NCBI RefSeq assembly: GCF_009914755.1
Contig: NC_060942.1
DNA from: the human T2T-CHM13v2.0 reference genome, Homo sapiens
Length of the DNA stretch: 64,000 nucleotides
Strand: one strand, 5' to 3'
Positions 39,601 to 54,600 of this stretch are shown piece after piece. Position numbers and translations under genes: made by a program. Position 1 is the stretch's first letter; every line of letters begins with the position of its first letter. Under the pieces are notes generated by a model. The model did not search any database. It saw only the letters and a list, made by a program, of their open reading frames with translations, and was not told the DNA's origin.

Positions 39601-42600
39601 TTGAGGATTTCGTTGGAAGCGGGAATTCATACAAATTGCAGACTGCAGCGTTCTGAGAAACATCTTTGTGATGTTTGTATTCAGGACACAGAGTTGAACA
39701 TTCCCTATCATAGAGCAGGTTTGAATCACTCCTTTTGTAGTATCTGGAAGTGGACATTTGGAGCGCTTTCAGGCCTATGTTGGAAAAGGAAATATCTTCC
39801 CATAACAACTAGACAGAAGCATTCTCAGAAACTTATTTGAGATGTGTGTACTCAACTAAGAGAATTGAACCACCGTTTTGAAGGAGCAGTTTTGAAACTC
39901 TCTTTTTCTGGAATCTGCAAGTGGATATTTGGCTAGCTTTGGGGATTTCGCTGGAAGCGGGAATACATATAAAAAGCACACAGCAGCGTTCTGAGAAACT
40001 GCTTTCTGATGTTTGCATTCAAGTCAAAAGTTGAACACTCCCTTTCATAGAGCAGTCTTGAAACACCCCTTTTGTAGTATCTGGAACTGGACTTTTGGAG
40101 CGATTTCAGGGCTAAGGTGAAAAAGGAAATATCTTCCCATAAAAACTGGACAGAAGCATTCTCAGAAACTTGTTTATGCTGTATCTACTCAACTAACAAA
40201 GTTGAACCTTTCTTTTGATAGAGCAGTTTTGAAATGGTCTTTTTGTGGAATCTGCAAGTGGATATTTGGCTAGTTTTGAGGATTTCGTTGGAAGCGGGAA
40301 TTCATACAAATTGCAGACTGCAGCGTTCTGAGAAACATCTTTGTGATGTTTGTATTCAGGACACAGAGTTGAACATTCCCTATCATAGAGCAGGTTGGAA
40401 TCACTCCTTTTGTAGTATCTGGAAGTGGACATTTGGAGCGCTTTCAGGCCTATTTTGGAAAGGGAAATATCTTCCCGTAACAACTATGCAGAAGCATTCT
40501 CAGAAACTTGTTTGTGATGTGTGCCCTCTACTGACAGAGTTGAACCTTTCTTTTCATAGAGCAGTTTTGAAACACTCTTTTTGTAGAATCTGCAAGAGGA
40601 TATTTGCATAGCTTTGAGGATTTCGTGGGAAACGGGATTGTCTTCAGGTAAAATCTAGACAGAAGCATTCTCAGAAACTTCTTTGGGATGTTTGCATTCA
40701 AGTCACAGAGTAGAACATTCCCTTTGGTAGAGCAGGTTTGAAACACTCTTTTTGTAGTATCTGGAAGTGGACATTTGGAGCGCTTTCAGGCCCATGTTGG
40801 AAAGGGAAATATCTTCCCGTAACAACTAGGCAGAAGCATTCTCAGAAACTTATTTGAGATGTGTGTACTCAACTAAGAGAATTGAACCACCGTTTTGAAG
40901 GAGCAGTTTTGAAACACTCTTTTTCTGGAATCTGCAAGAGTATATTTGCCTAGCCATGAGGATTTCGTTGGAAACGGGATTGTCTTCAGAGAAAATCTAG
41001 ACAGAAGCATTCTCAGAAACTTCTTTGGGATGTTTGCATTCAAGTCACAGAGTAGAACATTCCCTTTGGTAGAGCAGGTTTGAAACACTCTTTTTTTAGT
41101 ATATGGAAGTGGACATTTGGAGCGCTTTCAGGCCTACGTTGGAAAAGGAAATATCTTCCCATAACAACTAGACAGAAGCATTCTCAGAAACTAGTTTCTG
41201 ATGTGTGTCCTCAACTAACACAGTTGAACATTTCTTTAGACAGAACAGTTTTGAAACACTCTTTTTGTGGAATCTGCAAGTGGCTATTTGGCTAGATTTG
41301 AGGATTTCGTTGGAAACGGGATTACATATAAAAAGCAGTCAGCAGCATTCTCAGAAAGTTCTTTGTGATGATTGCATTCAAGTCACAGAATTGAACATTC
41401 CCTTTCACAGAGCAGGTTTGAAACACTCTTTTTGTAGTGTGTGTAAGTGGACATTTGGAGCACTTACCGGCCTAAGGTGAAAAAGGAAATATCTTCCCAT
41501 AAAAACTAGACAGAAGCATTCTCAGAAACTTACTCGTGATGTGTGTCCTCAACTAAAGGAGTAGAACCTTTCTTTTCATAGAGAAGTTTTGAAACGCTCT
41601 TTTTGTGGAATCTGCAAGTGGATATTTGGCTAGTTTTGAGGATTTCGTTGGAAGCGGGAATTCATACAAATTGCAGACTGCAGCGTTCTGAGAAACATCT
41701 TTGTGATGTTTGTATTCAGGACACAGAGTTGAACATTCCCTATCATAGAGCAGGTTTGAATCACTCCTTTTGTAGTATCTGGAAGTGGACATTTGGAGCG
41801 CTTTCAGGCCTATGTTGGAAAAGGAAATATCTTCCCATAACAACTAGACAGAAGCATTCTCAGAAACTTATTTGAGATGTGTGTACTCAACTAAGAGAAT
41901 TGAACCACCGTTTTGAAGGAGCAGTTTTGAAACTCTCTTTTTCTGGAATCTGCAAGTGGATATTTGGCTAGCTTTGGGGATTTCGCTGGAAGCGGGAATA
42001 CATATAAAAAGCACACAGCAGCGTTCTGAGAAACTGCTTTCTGATGTTTGCATTCAAGTCAAAAGTTGAACACTCCCTTTCATAGAGCAGTCTTGAAACA
42101 CCCCTTTTGTAGTATCTGGAACTGGACTTTTGGAGCGATTTCAGGGCTAAGGTGAAAAAGGAAATATCTTCCCATAAAAACTGGACAGAAGCATTCTCAG
42201 AAACTTGTTTATGCTGTATCTACTCAACTAACAAAGTTGAACCTTTCTTTTGATAGAGCAGTTTTGAAATGGTCTTTTTGTGGAATCTGCAAGTGGATAT
42301 TTGGCTAGTTTTGAGGATTTCGTTGGAAGCGGGAATTCATACAAATTGCAGACTGCAGCGTTCTGAGAAACATCTTTGTGATGTTTGTATTCAGGACACA
42401 GAGTTGAACATTCCCTATCATAGAGCAGGTTGGAATCACTCCTTTTGTAGTATCTGGAAGTGGACATTTGGAGCGCTTTCAGGCCTATTTTGGAAAGGGA
42501 AATATCTTCCCGTAACAACTATGCAGAAGCATTCTCAGAAACTTGTTTGTGATGTGTGCCCTCTACTGACAGAGTTGAACCTTTCTTTTCATAGAGCAGT

Positions 42601-45600
42601 TTTGAAACACTCTTTTTGTAGAATCTGCAAGAGGATATTTGCATAGCTTTGAGGATTTCGTGGGAAACGGGATTGTCTTCAGGTAAAATCTAGACAGAAG
42701 CATTCTCAGAAACTTCTTTGGGATGTTTGCATTCAAGTCACAGAGTAGAACATTCCCTTTGGTAGAGCAGGTTTGAAACACTCTTTTTGTAGTATCTGGA
42801 AGTGGACATTTGGAGCGCTTTCAGGCCCATGTTGGAAAGGGAAATATCCTCCCGTAACAACTAGGCAGAAGCATTCTCAGAAACTTATTTGAGATGTGTG
42901 TACTCAACTAAGAGAATTGAACCACCGTTTTGAAGGAGCAGTTTTGAAACACTCTTTTTCTGGAATCTGCAAGAGTATATTTGCCTAGCCTTGAGGATTT
43001 CGTTGGAAACGGGATTGTCTTCAGAGAAAATCTAGACAGAAGCATTCTCAGAAACTTCTTTGGGATGTTTGCATTCAAGTCACAGAGTAGAACATTCCCT
43101 TTGGTAGAGCAGGTTTGAAACACTCTTTTTTTAGTATATGGAAGTGGACATTTGGAGCGCTTTCAGGCCTACGTTGGAAAAGGAAATATCTTCCCATAAC
43201 AACTAGACAGAAGCATTCTCAGAAACTAGTTTCTGATGTGTGTCCTCAACTAACACAGTTGAACATTTCTTTAGACAGAACAGTTTTGAAACACTCTTTT
43301 TGTGGAATCTGCAAGTGGCTATTTGGCTAGATTTGAGGATTTCGTTGGAAACGGGATTACATATAAAAAGCAGTCAGCAGCATTCTCAGAAAGTTCTTTG
43401 TGATGATTGCATTCAAGTCACAGAATTGAACATTCCCTTTCACAGAGCAGGTTTGAAACACTCTTTTTGTAGTGTGTGTAAGTGGACATTTGGAGCACTT
43501 ACCGGCCTAAGGTGAAAAAGGAAATATCTTCCCATAAAAACTAGACAGAAGCATTCTCAGAAACTTACTCGTGATGTGTGTCCTCAACTAAAGGAGTAGA
43601 ACCTTTCTTTTCATAGAGAAGTTTTGAAACGCTCTTTTTGTGGAATCTGCAAGTGGATATTTGGCTAGTTTTGAGGATTTCGTTGGAAGCGGGAATTCAT
43701 ACAAATTGCAGACTGCAGCGTTCTGAGAAACATCTTTGTGATGTTTGTATTCAGGACACAGAGTTGAACATTCCCTATCATAGAGCAGGTTTGAATCACT
43801 CCTTTTGTAGTATCTGGAAGTGGACATTTGGAGCGCTTTCAGGCCTATGTTGGAAAAGGAAATATCTTCCCATAACAACTAGACAGAAGCATTCTCAGAA
43901 ACTTATTTGAGATGTGTGTACTCAACTAAGAGAATTGAACCACCGTTTTGAAGGAGCAGCTTTGAAACTCTCTTTTTCTGGAATCTGCAAGTGGATATTT
44001 GGCTAGCTTTGGGGATTTCGCTGGAAGCGGGAATACATATAAAAAGCACACAGCAGCGTTCTGAGAAACTGCTTTCTGATGTTTGCATTCAAGTCAAAAG
44101 TTGAACACTCCCTTTCATAGAGCAGTCTTGAAACACCCCTTTTGTAGTATCTGGAACTGGACTTTTGGAGCGATTTCAGGGCTAAGGTGAAAAAGGAAAT
44201 ATCTTCCCATAAAAACTGGACAGAAGCATTCTCAGAAACTTGTTTATGCTGTATCTACTCAACTAACAAAGTTGAACCTTTCTTTTGATAGAGCAGTTTT
44301 GAAATGCTCTTTTTGTGGAATCTGCAAGTGGATATTTGGCTAGTTTTGAGGATTTCGTTGGAAGCGGGAATTCATACAAATTGCAGACTGCAGCGTTCTG
44401 AGAAACATCTTTGTGATGTTTGTATTCAGGACACAGAGTTGAACATTCCCTATCATAGAGCAGGTTGGAATCACTCCTTTTGTAGTATCTGGAAGTGGAC
44501 ATTTGGAGCGCTTTCAGGCCTATTTTGGAAAGGGAAATATCTTCCCGTAACAACTATGCAGAAGCATTCTCAGAAACTTGTTTGTGATGTGTGCCCTCTA
44601 CTGACAGAGTTGAACCTTTCTTTTCATAGAGCAGTTTTGAAACACTCTTTTTGTAGAATCTGCAAGAGGATATTTGCATAGCTTTGAGGATTTCGTGGGA
44701 AACGGGATTGTCTTCAGGTAAAATCTAGACAGAAGCATTCTCAGAAACTTCTTTGGGATGTTTGCATTCAAGTCACAGAGTAGAACATTCCCTTTGGTAG
44801 AGCAGGTTTGAAACACTCTTTTTGTAGTATCTGGAAGTGGACATTTGGAGCGCTTTCAGGCCCATGTTGGAAAGGGAAATATCTTCCCGTAACAACTAGA
44901 CAGAAGCATTCTCAGAAACTTATTTGAGATGTGTGTACTCAACTAAGAGAATTGAACCACCGTTTTGAAGGAGCAGTTTTGAAACACTCTTTTTCTGGAA
45001 TCTGCAAGAGTATATTTGCCTAGCCTTGAGGATTTCGTTGGAAACGGGATTGTCTTCAGAGAAAATCTAGACAGAAGCATTCTCAGAAACTTCTTTGGGA
45101 TGCTTGCATTCCAGTCACAGAGTAGAACATTCCCTTTGGTAGAGCAGGTTTGAAACACTCTTTTTGTAGTATCTGGAAGTGGACATTTGGAGCGCTTTCA
45201 GGCCTACGTTGGAAAAGGAAATATCTTCCCATAACAACTAGACAGAAGCATTCTCAGAAACTAGTTTCTGATGTGTGTCCTCAACTAACACAGTTGAACA
45301 TTTCTTTAGACAGAACAGTTTTGAAACACTCTTTTTGTGGAATCTGCAAGTGGCTATTTGGCTAGATTTGAGGATTTCGTTGGAAACGGGATTACATATA
45401 AAAAGCAGTCAGCAGCATTCTCAGAAAGTTCTTTGTGATGATTGCATTCAAGTCACAGAATTGAACATTCCCTTTCACAGAGCAGGTTTGAAACACTCTT
45501 TTTGTAGTGTGTGTAAGTGGACATTTGGAGCACTTACCGGCCTAAGGTGAAAAAGGAAATATCTTCCCATAAAAACTAGACAGAAGCATTCTCAGAAACT

Positions 45601-48600
45601 TACTCGTGATGTGTGTCCTCAACTAAAGGAGTAGAACCTTTCTTTTCATAGAGAAGTTTTGAAACGCTCTTTTTGTGGAATCTGCAAGTGGATATTTGGC
45701 TAGTTTTGAGGATTTCGTTGGAAGCGGGAATTCATACAAATTGCAGACTGCAGCGTTCTGAGAAACATCTTTGTGATGTTTGTATTCAGGACACAGAGTT
45801 GAACATTCCCTATCATAGAGCAGGTTTGAATCACTCCTTTTGTAGTATCTGGAAGTGGACATTTGGAGCGCTTTCAGGCCTATGTTGGAAAAGGAAATAT
45901 CTTCCCATAACAACTAGACAGAAGCATTCTCAGAAACTTATTTGAGATGTGTGTACTCAACTAAGAGAATTGAACCACCGTTTTGAAGGAGCAGTTTTGA
46001 AACTCTCTTTTTCTGGAATCTGCAAGTGGATATTTGGCTAGCTTTGGGGATTTCGCTGGAAGCGGGAATACATATAAAAAGCACACAGCAGCGTTCTGAG
46101 AAACTGCTTTCTGATGTTTGCATTCAAGTCAAAAGTTGAACACTCCCTTTCATAGAGCAGTCTTGAAACACCCCTTTTGTAGTATCTGGAACTGGACTTT
46201 TGGAGCGATTTCAGGGCTAAGGTGAAAAAGGAAATATCTTCCCATAAAAACTGGACAGAAGCATTCTCAGAAACTTGTTTATGCTGTATCTACTCAACTA
46301 ACAAAGTTGAACCTTTCTTTTGATAGAGCAGTTTTGAAATGGTCTTTTTGTGGAATCTGCAAGTGGATATTTGGCTAGTTTTGAGGATTTCGTTGGAAGC
46401 GGGAATTCATACAAATTGCAGACTGCAGCATTCTGAGAAACATCTTTGTGATGTTTGTATTCAGGACACAGAGTTGAACATTCCCTATCATAGAGCAGGT
46501 TGGAATCACTCCTTTTGTAGTATCTGGAAGTGGACATTTGGAGCGCTTTCAGGCCTATTTTGGAAAGGGAAATATCTTCCCGTAACAACTATGCAGAAGC
46601 ATTCTCAGAAACTTGTTTGTGATGTGTGCCCTCTACTGACAGAGTTGAACCTTTCTTTTCATAGAGCAGTTTTGAAACACTCTTTTTGTAGAATCTGCAA
46701 GAGGATATTTGCATAGCTTTGAGGATTTCGTGGGAAACGGGATTGTCTTCAGGTAAAATCTAGACAGAAGCATTCTCAGAAACTTCTTTGGGATGTTTGC
46801 ATTCAAGTCACAGAGTAGAACATTCCCTTTGGTAGAGCAGGTTTGAAACACTCTTTTTGTAGTATCTGGAAGTGGACATTTGGAGCGCTTTCAGGCCCAT
46901 GTTGGAAAGGGAAATATCTTCCCGTAACAACTAGGCAGAAGCATTCTCAGAAACTTATTTGAGATGTGTGTACTCAACTAAGAGAATTGAACCACCGTTT
47001 TGAAGGAGCAGTTTTGAAACACTCTTTTTCTGGAATCTGCAAGAGTATATTTGCCTAGCCTTGAGGATTTCGTTGGAAACGGGATTGTCTTCAGAGAAAA
47101 TCTAGACAGAAGCATTCTCAGAAACTTCTTTGGGATGCTTGCATTCCAGTCACAGAGTAGAACATTCCCTTTGGTAGAGCAGGTTTGAAACACTCTTTTT
47201 GTAGTATCTGGAAGTGGACATTTGGAGCGCTTTCAGGCCTACGTTGGAAAAGGAAATATCTTCCCATAACAACTAGACAGAAGCATTCTCAGAAACTAGT
47301 TTCTGATGTGTGTCCTCAACTAACACAGTTGAACATTTCTTTAGACAGAACAGTTTTGAAACACTCTTTTTGTGGAATCTGCAAGTGGCTATTTGGCTAG
47401 ATTTGAGGATTTCGTTGGAAACGGGATTACATATAAAAAGCAGTCAGCAGCATTCTCAGAAAGTTCTTTGTGATGATTGCATTCAAGTCACAGAATTGAA
47501 CATTCCCTTTCACAGAGCAGGTTTGAAACACTCTTTTTGTAGTGTGTGTAAGTGGACATTTGGAGCACTTACCGGCCTAAGGTGAAAAAGGAAATATCTT
47601 CCCATAAAAACTAGACAGAAGCATTCTCAGAAACTTACTCGTGATGTGTGTCCTCAACTAAAGGAGTAGAACCTTTCTTTTCATAGAGAAGTTTTGAAAC
47701 GCTCTTTTTGTGGAATCTGCAAGTGGATATTTGGCTAGTTTTGAGGATTTCGTTGGAAGCGGGAATTCATACAAATTGCAGACTGCAGCGTTCTGAGAAA
47801 CATCTTTGTGATGTTTGTATTCAGGACACAGAGTTGAACATTCCCTATCATAGAGCAGGTTTGAATCACTCCTTTTGTAGTATCTGGAAGTGGACATTTG
47901 GAGCGCTTTCAGGCCTATGTTGGAAAAGGAAATATCTTCCCATAACAACTAGACAGAAGCATTCTCAGAAACTTATTTGAGATGTGTGTACTCAACTAAG
48001 AGAATTGAACCACCGTTTTGAAGGAGCAGTTTTGAAACTCTCTTTTTCTGGAATCTGCAAGTGGATATTTGGCTAGCTTTGGGGATTTCGCTGGAAGCGG
48101 GAATACATATAAAAAGCACACAGCAGCGTTCTGAGAAACTGCTTTCTGATGTTTGCATTCAAGTCAAAAGTTGAACACTCCCTTTCATAGAGCAGTCTTG
48201 AAACACCCCTTTTGTAGTATCTGGAACTGGACTTTTGGAGCGATTTCAGGGCTAAGGTGAAAAAGGAAATATCTTCCCATAAAAACTGGACAGAAGCATT
48301 CTCAGAAACTTGTTTATGCTGTATCTACTCAACTAACAAAGTTGAACCTTTCTTTTGATAGAGCAGTTTTGAAATGGTCTTTTTGTGGAATCTGCAAGTG
48401 GATATTTGGCTAGTTTTGAGGATTTCGTTGGAAGCGGGAATTCATACAAATTGCAGACTGCAGCGTTCTGAGAAACATCTTTGTGATGTTTGTATTCAGG
48501 ACACAGAGTTGAACATTCCCTATCATAGAGCAGGTTGGAATCACTCCTTTTGTAGTATCTGGAAGTGGACATTTGGAGCGCTTTCAGGCCTATTTTGGAA

Positions 48601-51600
48601 AGGGAAATATCTTCCCGTAACAACTATGCAGAAGCATTCTCAGAAACTTGTTTGTGATGTGTGCCCTCTACTGACAGAGTTGAACCTTTCTTTTCATAGA
48701 GCAGTTTTGAAACACTCTTTTTGTAGAATCTGCAAGAGGATATTTGCATAGCTTTGAGGATTTCGTGGGAAACGGGATTGTCTTCAGGTAAAATCTAGAC
48801 AGAAGCATTCTCAGAAACTTCTTTGGGATGTTTGCATTCAAGTCACAGAGTAGAACATTCCCTTTGGTAGAGCAGGTTTGAAACACTCTTTTTGTAGTAT
48901 CTGGAAGTGGACATTTGGAGCGCTTTCAGGCCCATGTTGGAAAGGGAAATATCTTCCCGTAACAACTAGGCAGAAGCATTCTCAGAAACTTATTTGAGAT
49001 GTGTGTACTCAACTAAGAGAATTGAACCACCGTTTTGAAGGAGCAGTTTTGAAACACTCTTTTTCTGGAATCTGCAAGAGTATATTTGCCTAGCCTTGAG
49101 GATTTCGTTGGAAACGGGATTGTCTTCAGAGAAAATCTAGACAGAAGCATTCTCAGAAACTTCTTTGGGATGTTTGCATTCAAGTCACAGAGTAGAACAT
49201 TCCCTTTGGTAGAGCAGGTTTGAAACACTCTTTTTTTAGTATATGGAAGTGGACATTTGGAGCGCTTTCAGGCCTACGTTGGAAAAGGAAATATCTTCCC
49301 ATAACAACTAGACAGAAGCATTCTCAGAAACTAGTTTCTGATGTGTGTCCTCAACTAACACAGTTGAACATTTCTTTAGACAGAACAGTTTTGAAACACT
49401 CTTTTTGTGGAATCTGCAAGTGGCTATTTGGCTAGATTTGAGGATTTCGTTGGAAACGGGATTACATATAAAAAGCAGTCAGCAGCATTCTCAGAAAGTT
49501 CTTTGTGATGATTGCATTCAAGTCACAGAATTGAACATTCCCTTTCACAGAGCAGGTTTGAAACACTCTTTTTGTAGTGTGTGTAAGTGGACATTTGGAG
49601 CACTTACCGGCCTAAGGTGAAAAAGGAAATATCTTCCCATAAAAACTAGACAGAAGCATTCTCAGAAACTTACTCGTGATGTGTGTCCTCAACTAAAGGA
49701 GTAGAACCTTTCTTTTCATAGAGAAGTTTTGAAACGCTCTTTTTGTGGAATCTGCAAGTGGATATTTGGCTAGTTTTGAGGATTTCGTTGGAAGCGGGAA
49801 TTCATACAAATTGCAGACTGCAGCGTTCTGAGAAACATCTTTGTGATGTTTGTATTCAGGACACAGAGTTGAACATTCCCTATCATAGAGCAGGTTTGAA
49901 TCACTCCTTTTGTAGTATCTGGAAGTGGACATTTGGAGCGCTTTCAGGCCTATGTTGGAAAAGGAAATATCTTCCCATAACAACTAGACAGAAGCATTCT
50001 CAGAAACTTATTTGAGATGTGTGTACTCAACTAAGAGAATTGAACCACCGTTTTGAAGGAGCAGTTTTGAAACTCTCTTTTTCTGGAATCTGCAAGTGGA
50101 TATTTGGCTAGCTTTGGGGATTTCGCTGGAAGCGGGAATACATATAAAAAGCACACAGCAGCGTTCTGAGAAACTGCTTTCTGATGTTTGCATTCAAGTC
50201 AAAAGTTGAACACTCCCTTTCATAGAGCAGTCCTGAAACACCCCTTTTGTAGTATCTGGAACTGGACTTTTGGAGCGATTTCAGGGCTAAGGTGAAAAAG
50301 GAAATATCTTCCCATAAAAACTGGACAGAAGCATTCTCAGAAACTTGTTTATGCTGTATCTACTCAACTAACAAAGTTGAACCTTTCTTTTGATAGAGCA
50401 GTTTTGAAATGGTCTTTTTGTGGAATCTGCAAGTGGATATTTGGCTAGTTTTGAGGATTTCGTTGGAAGCGGGAATTCATACAAATTGCAGACTGCAGCG
50501 TTCTGAGAAACATCTTTGTGATGTTTGTATTCAGGACACAGAGTTGAACATTCCCTATCATAGAGCAGGTTGGAATCACTCCTTTTGTAGTATCTGGAAG
50601 TGGACATTTGGAGCGCTTTCAGGCCTATTTTGGAAAGGGAAATATCTTCCCGTAACAACTATGCAGAAGCATTCTCAGAAACTTGTTTGTGATGTGTGCC
50701 CTCTACTGACAGAGTTGAACCTTTCTTTTCATAGAGCAGTTTTGAAACACTCTTTTTGTAGAATCTGCAAGAGGATATTTGCATAGCTTTGAGGATTTCG
50801 TGGGAAACGGGATTGTCTTCAGGTAAAATCTAGACAGAAGCATTCTCAGAAACTTCTTTGGGATGTTTGCATTCAAGTCACAGAGTAGAACATTCCCTTT
50901 GGTAGAGCAGGTTTGAAACACTCTTTTTGTAGTATCTGGAAGTGGACATTTGGAGCGCTTTCAGGCCCATGTTGGAAAGGGAAATATCTTCCCGTAACAA
51001 CTAGGCAGAAGCATTCTCAGAAACTTATTTGAGATGTGTGTACTCAACTAAGAGAATTGAACCACCGTTTTGAAGGAGCAGTTTTGAAACACTCTTTTTC
51101 TGGAATCTGCAAGAGTATATTTGCCTAGCCTTGAGGATTTCGTTGGAAACGGGATTGTCTTCAGAGAAAATCTAGACAGAAGCATTCTCAGAAACTTCTT
51201 TGGGATGCTTACATTCAAGTCACAGAGTAGAACATTCCCTTTGGTAGAGCAGGTTTGAAACACTCTTTTTGTAGTATCTGGAAGTGGACATTTGGAGCGC
51301 TTTCAGGCCTACGTTGGAAAAGGAAATATCTTCCCATAACAACTAGACAGAAGCATTCTCAGAAACTAGTTTCTGATGTGTGTCCTCAACTAACACAGTT
51401 GAACATTTCTTTAGACAGAACAGTTTTGAAACACTCTTTTTGTGGAATCTGCAAGTGGCTATTTGGCTAGATTTGAGGATTTCGTTGGAAACGGGATTAC
51501 ATATAAAAAGCAGTCAGCAGCATTCTCAGAAAGTTCTTTGTGATGATTGCATTCAAGTCACAGAATTGAACATTCCCTTTCACAGAGCAGGTTTGAAACA

Positions 51601-54600
51601 CTCTTTTTGTAGTGTGTGTAAGTGGACATTTGGAGCACTTACCGGCCTAAGGTGAAAAAGGAAATATCTTCCCATAAAAACTAGACAGAAGCATTCTCAG
51701 AAACTTACTCGTGATGTGTGTCCTCAACTAAAGGAGTAGAACCTTTCTTTTCATAGAGAAGTTTTGAAACGCTCTTTTTGTGGAATCTGCAAGTGGATAT
51801 TTGGCTAGTTTTGAGGATTTCGTTGGAAGCGGGAATTCATACAAATTGCAGACTGCAGCGTTCTGAGAAACATCTTTGTGATGTTTGTATTCAGGACACA
51901 GAGTTGAACATTCCCTATCATAGAGCAGGTTTGAATCACTCCTTTTGTAGTATCTGGAAGTGGACATTTGGAGCGCTTTCAGGCCTATGTTGGAAAAGGA
52001 AATATCTTCCCATAACAACTAGACAGAAGCATTCTCAGAAACTTATTTGAGATGTGTGTACTCAACTAAGAGAATTGAACCACCGTTTTGAAGGAGCAGT
52101 TTTGAAACTCTCTTTTTCTGGAATCTGCAAGTGGATATTTGGCTAGCTTTGGGGATTTCGCTGGAAGCGGGAATACATATAAAAAGCACACAGCAGCGTT
52201 CTGAGAAACTGCTTTCTGATGTTTGCATTCAAGTCAAAAGTTGAACACTCCCTTTCATAGAGCAGTCTTGAAACACCCCTTTTGTAGTATCTGGAACTGG
52301 ACTTTTGGAGCGATTTCAGGGCTAAGGTGAAAAAGGAAATATCTTCCCATAAAAACTGGACAGAAGCATTCTCAGAAACTTGTTTATGCTGTATCTACTC
52401 AACTAACAAAGTTGAACCTTTCTTTTGATAGAGCAGTTTTGAAATGGTCTTTTTGTGGAATCTGCAAGTGGATATTTGGCTAGTTTTGAGGATTTCGTTG
52501 GAAGCGGGAATTCATACAAATTGCAGACTGCAGCGTTCTGAGAAACATCTTTGTGATGTTTGTATTCAGGACACAGAGTTGAACATTCCCTATCATAGAG
52601 CAGGTTGGAATCACTCCTTTTGTAGTATCTGGAAGTGGACATTTGGAGCGCTTTCAGGCCTATTTTGGAAAGGGAAATATCTTCCCGTAACAACTATGCA
52701 GAAGCATTCTCAGAAACTTGTTTGTGATGTGTGCCCTCTACTGACAGAGTTGAACCTTTCTTTTCATAGAGCAGTTTTGAAACACTCTTTTTGTAGAATC
52801 TGCAAGAGGATATTTGCATAGCTTTGAGGATTTCGTGGGAAACGGGATTGTCTTCAGGTAAAATCTAGACAGAAGCATTCTCAGAAACTTCTTTGGGATG
52901 TTTGCATTCAAGTCACAGAGTAGAACATTCCCTTTGGTAGAGCAGGTTTGAAACACTCTTTTTGTAGTATCTGGAAGTGGACATTTGGAGCGCTTTCAGG
53001 CCCATGTTGGAAAGGGAAATATCTTCCCGTAACAACTAGGCAGAAGCATTCTCAGAAACTTATTTGAGATGTGTGTACTCAACTAAGAGAATTGAACCAC
53101 CGTTTTGAAGGAGCAGTTTCGAAACACTCTTTTTCTGGAATCTGCAAGAGTATATTTGCCTAGCCTTGAGGATTTCGTTGGAAACGGGATTGTCTTCAGA
53201 GAAAATCTAGACAGAAACATTCTCAGAAACTTCTTTGGGATGCTTGCATTCCAGTCACAGAGTAGAACATTCCCTTTGGTAGAGCAGGTTTGAAACACTC
53301 TTTTTGTAGTATCTGGAAGTGGACATTTGGAGCGCTTTCAGGCCTACGTTGGAAAAGGAAATATCTTCCCATAACAACTAGACAGAAGCATTCTCAGAAA
53401 CTAGTTTCTGATGTGTGTCCTCAACTAACACAGTTGAACATTTCTTTAGACAGAACAGTTTTGAAACACTCTTTTTGTGGAATCTGCAAGTGGCTATTTG
53501 GCTAGATTTGAGGATTTCGTTGGAAACGGGATTACATATAAAAAGCAGTCAGCAGCATTCTCAGAAAGTTCTTTGTGATGATTGCATTCAAGTCACAGAA
53601 TTGAACATTCCCTTTCACAGAGCAGGTTTGAAACACTCTTTTTGTAGTGTGTGTAAGTGGACATTTGGAGCACTTACCGGCCTAAGGTGAAAAAGGAAAT
53701 ATCTTCCCATAAAAACTAGACAGAAGCATTCTCAGAAACTTACTCGTGATGTGTGTCCTCAACTAAAGGAGTAGAACCTTTCTTTTCATAGAGAAGTTTT
53801 GAAACGCTCTTTTTGTGGAATCTGCAAGTGGATATTTGGCTAGTTTTGAGGATTTCGTTGGAAGCGGGAATTCATACAAATTGCAGACTGCAGCGTTCTG
53901 AGAAACATCTTTGTGATGTTTGTATTCAGGACACAGAGTTGAACATTCCCTATCATAGAGCAGGTTTGAATCACTCCTTTTGTAGTATCTGGAAGTGGAC
54001 ATTTGGAGCGCTTTCAGGCCTATGTTGGAAAAGGAAATATCTTCCCATAACAACTAGACAGAAGCATTCTCAGAAACTTATTTGAGATGTGTGTACTCAA
54101 CTAAGAGAATTGAACCACCGTTTTGAAGGAGCAGTTTTGAAACTCTCTTTTTCTGGAATCTGCAAGTGGATATTTGGCTAGCTTTGGGGATTTCGCTGGA
54201 AGCGGGAATACATATAAAAAGCACACAGCAGCGTTCTGAGAAACTGCTTTCTGATGTTTGCATTCAAGTCAAAAGTTGAACACTCCCTTTCATAGAGCAG
54301 TCCTGAAACACCCCTTTTGTAGTATCTGGAACTGGACTTTTGGAGCGATTTCAGGGCTAAGGTGAAAAAGGAAATATCTTCCCATAAAAACTGGACAGAA
54401 GCATTCTCAGAAACTTGTTTATGCTGTATCTACTCAACTAACAAAGTTGAACCTTTCTTTTGATAGAGCAGTTTTGAAATGGTCTTTTTGTGGAATCTGC
54501 AAGTGGATATTTGGCTAGTTTTGAGGATTTCGTTGGAAGCGGGAATTCATACAAATTGCAGACTGCAGCGTTCTGAGAAACATCTTTGTGATGTTTGTAT

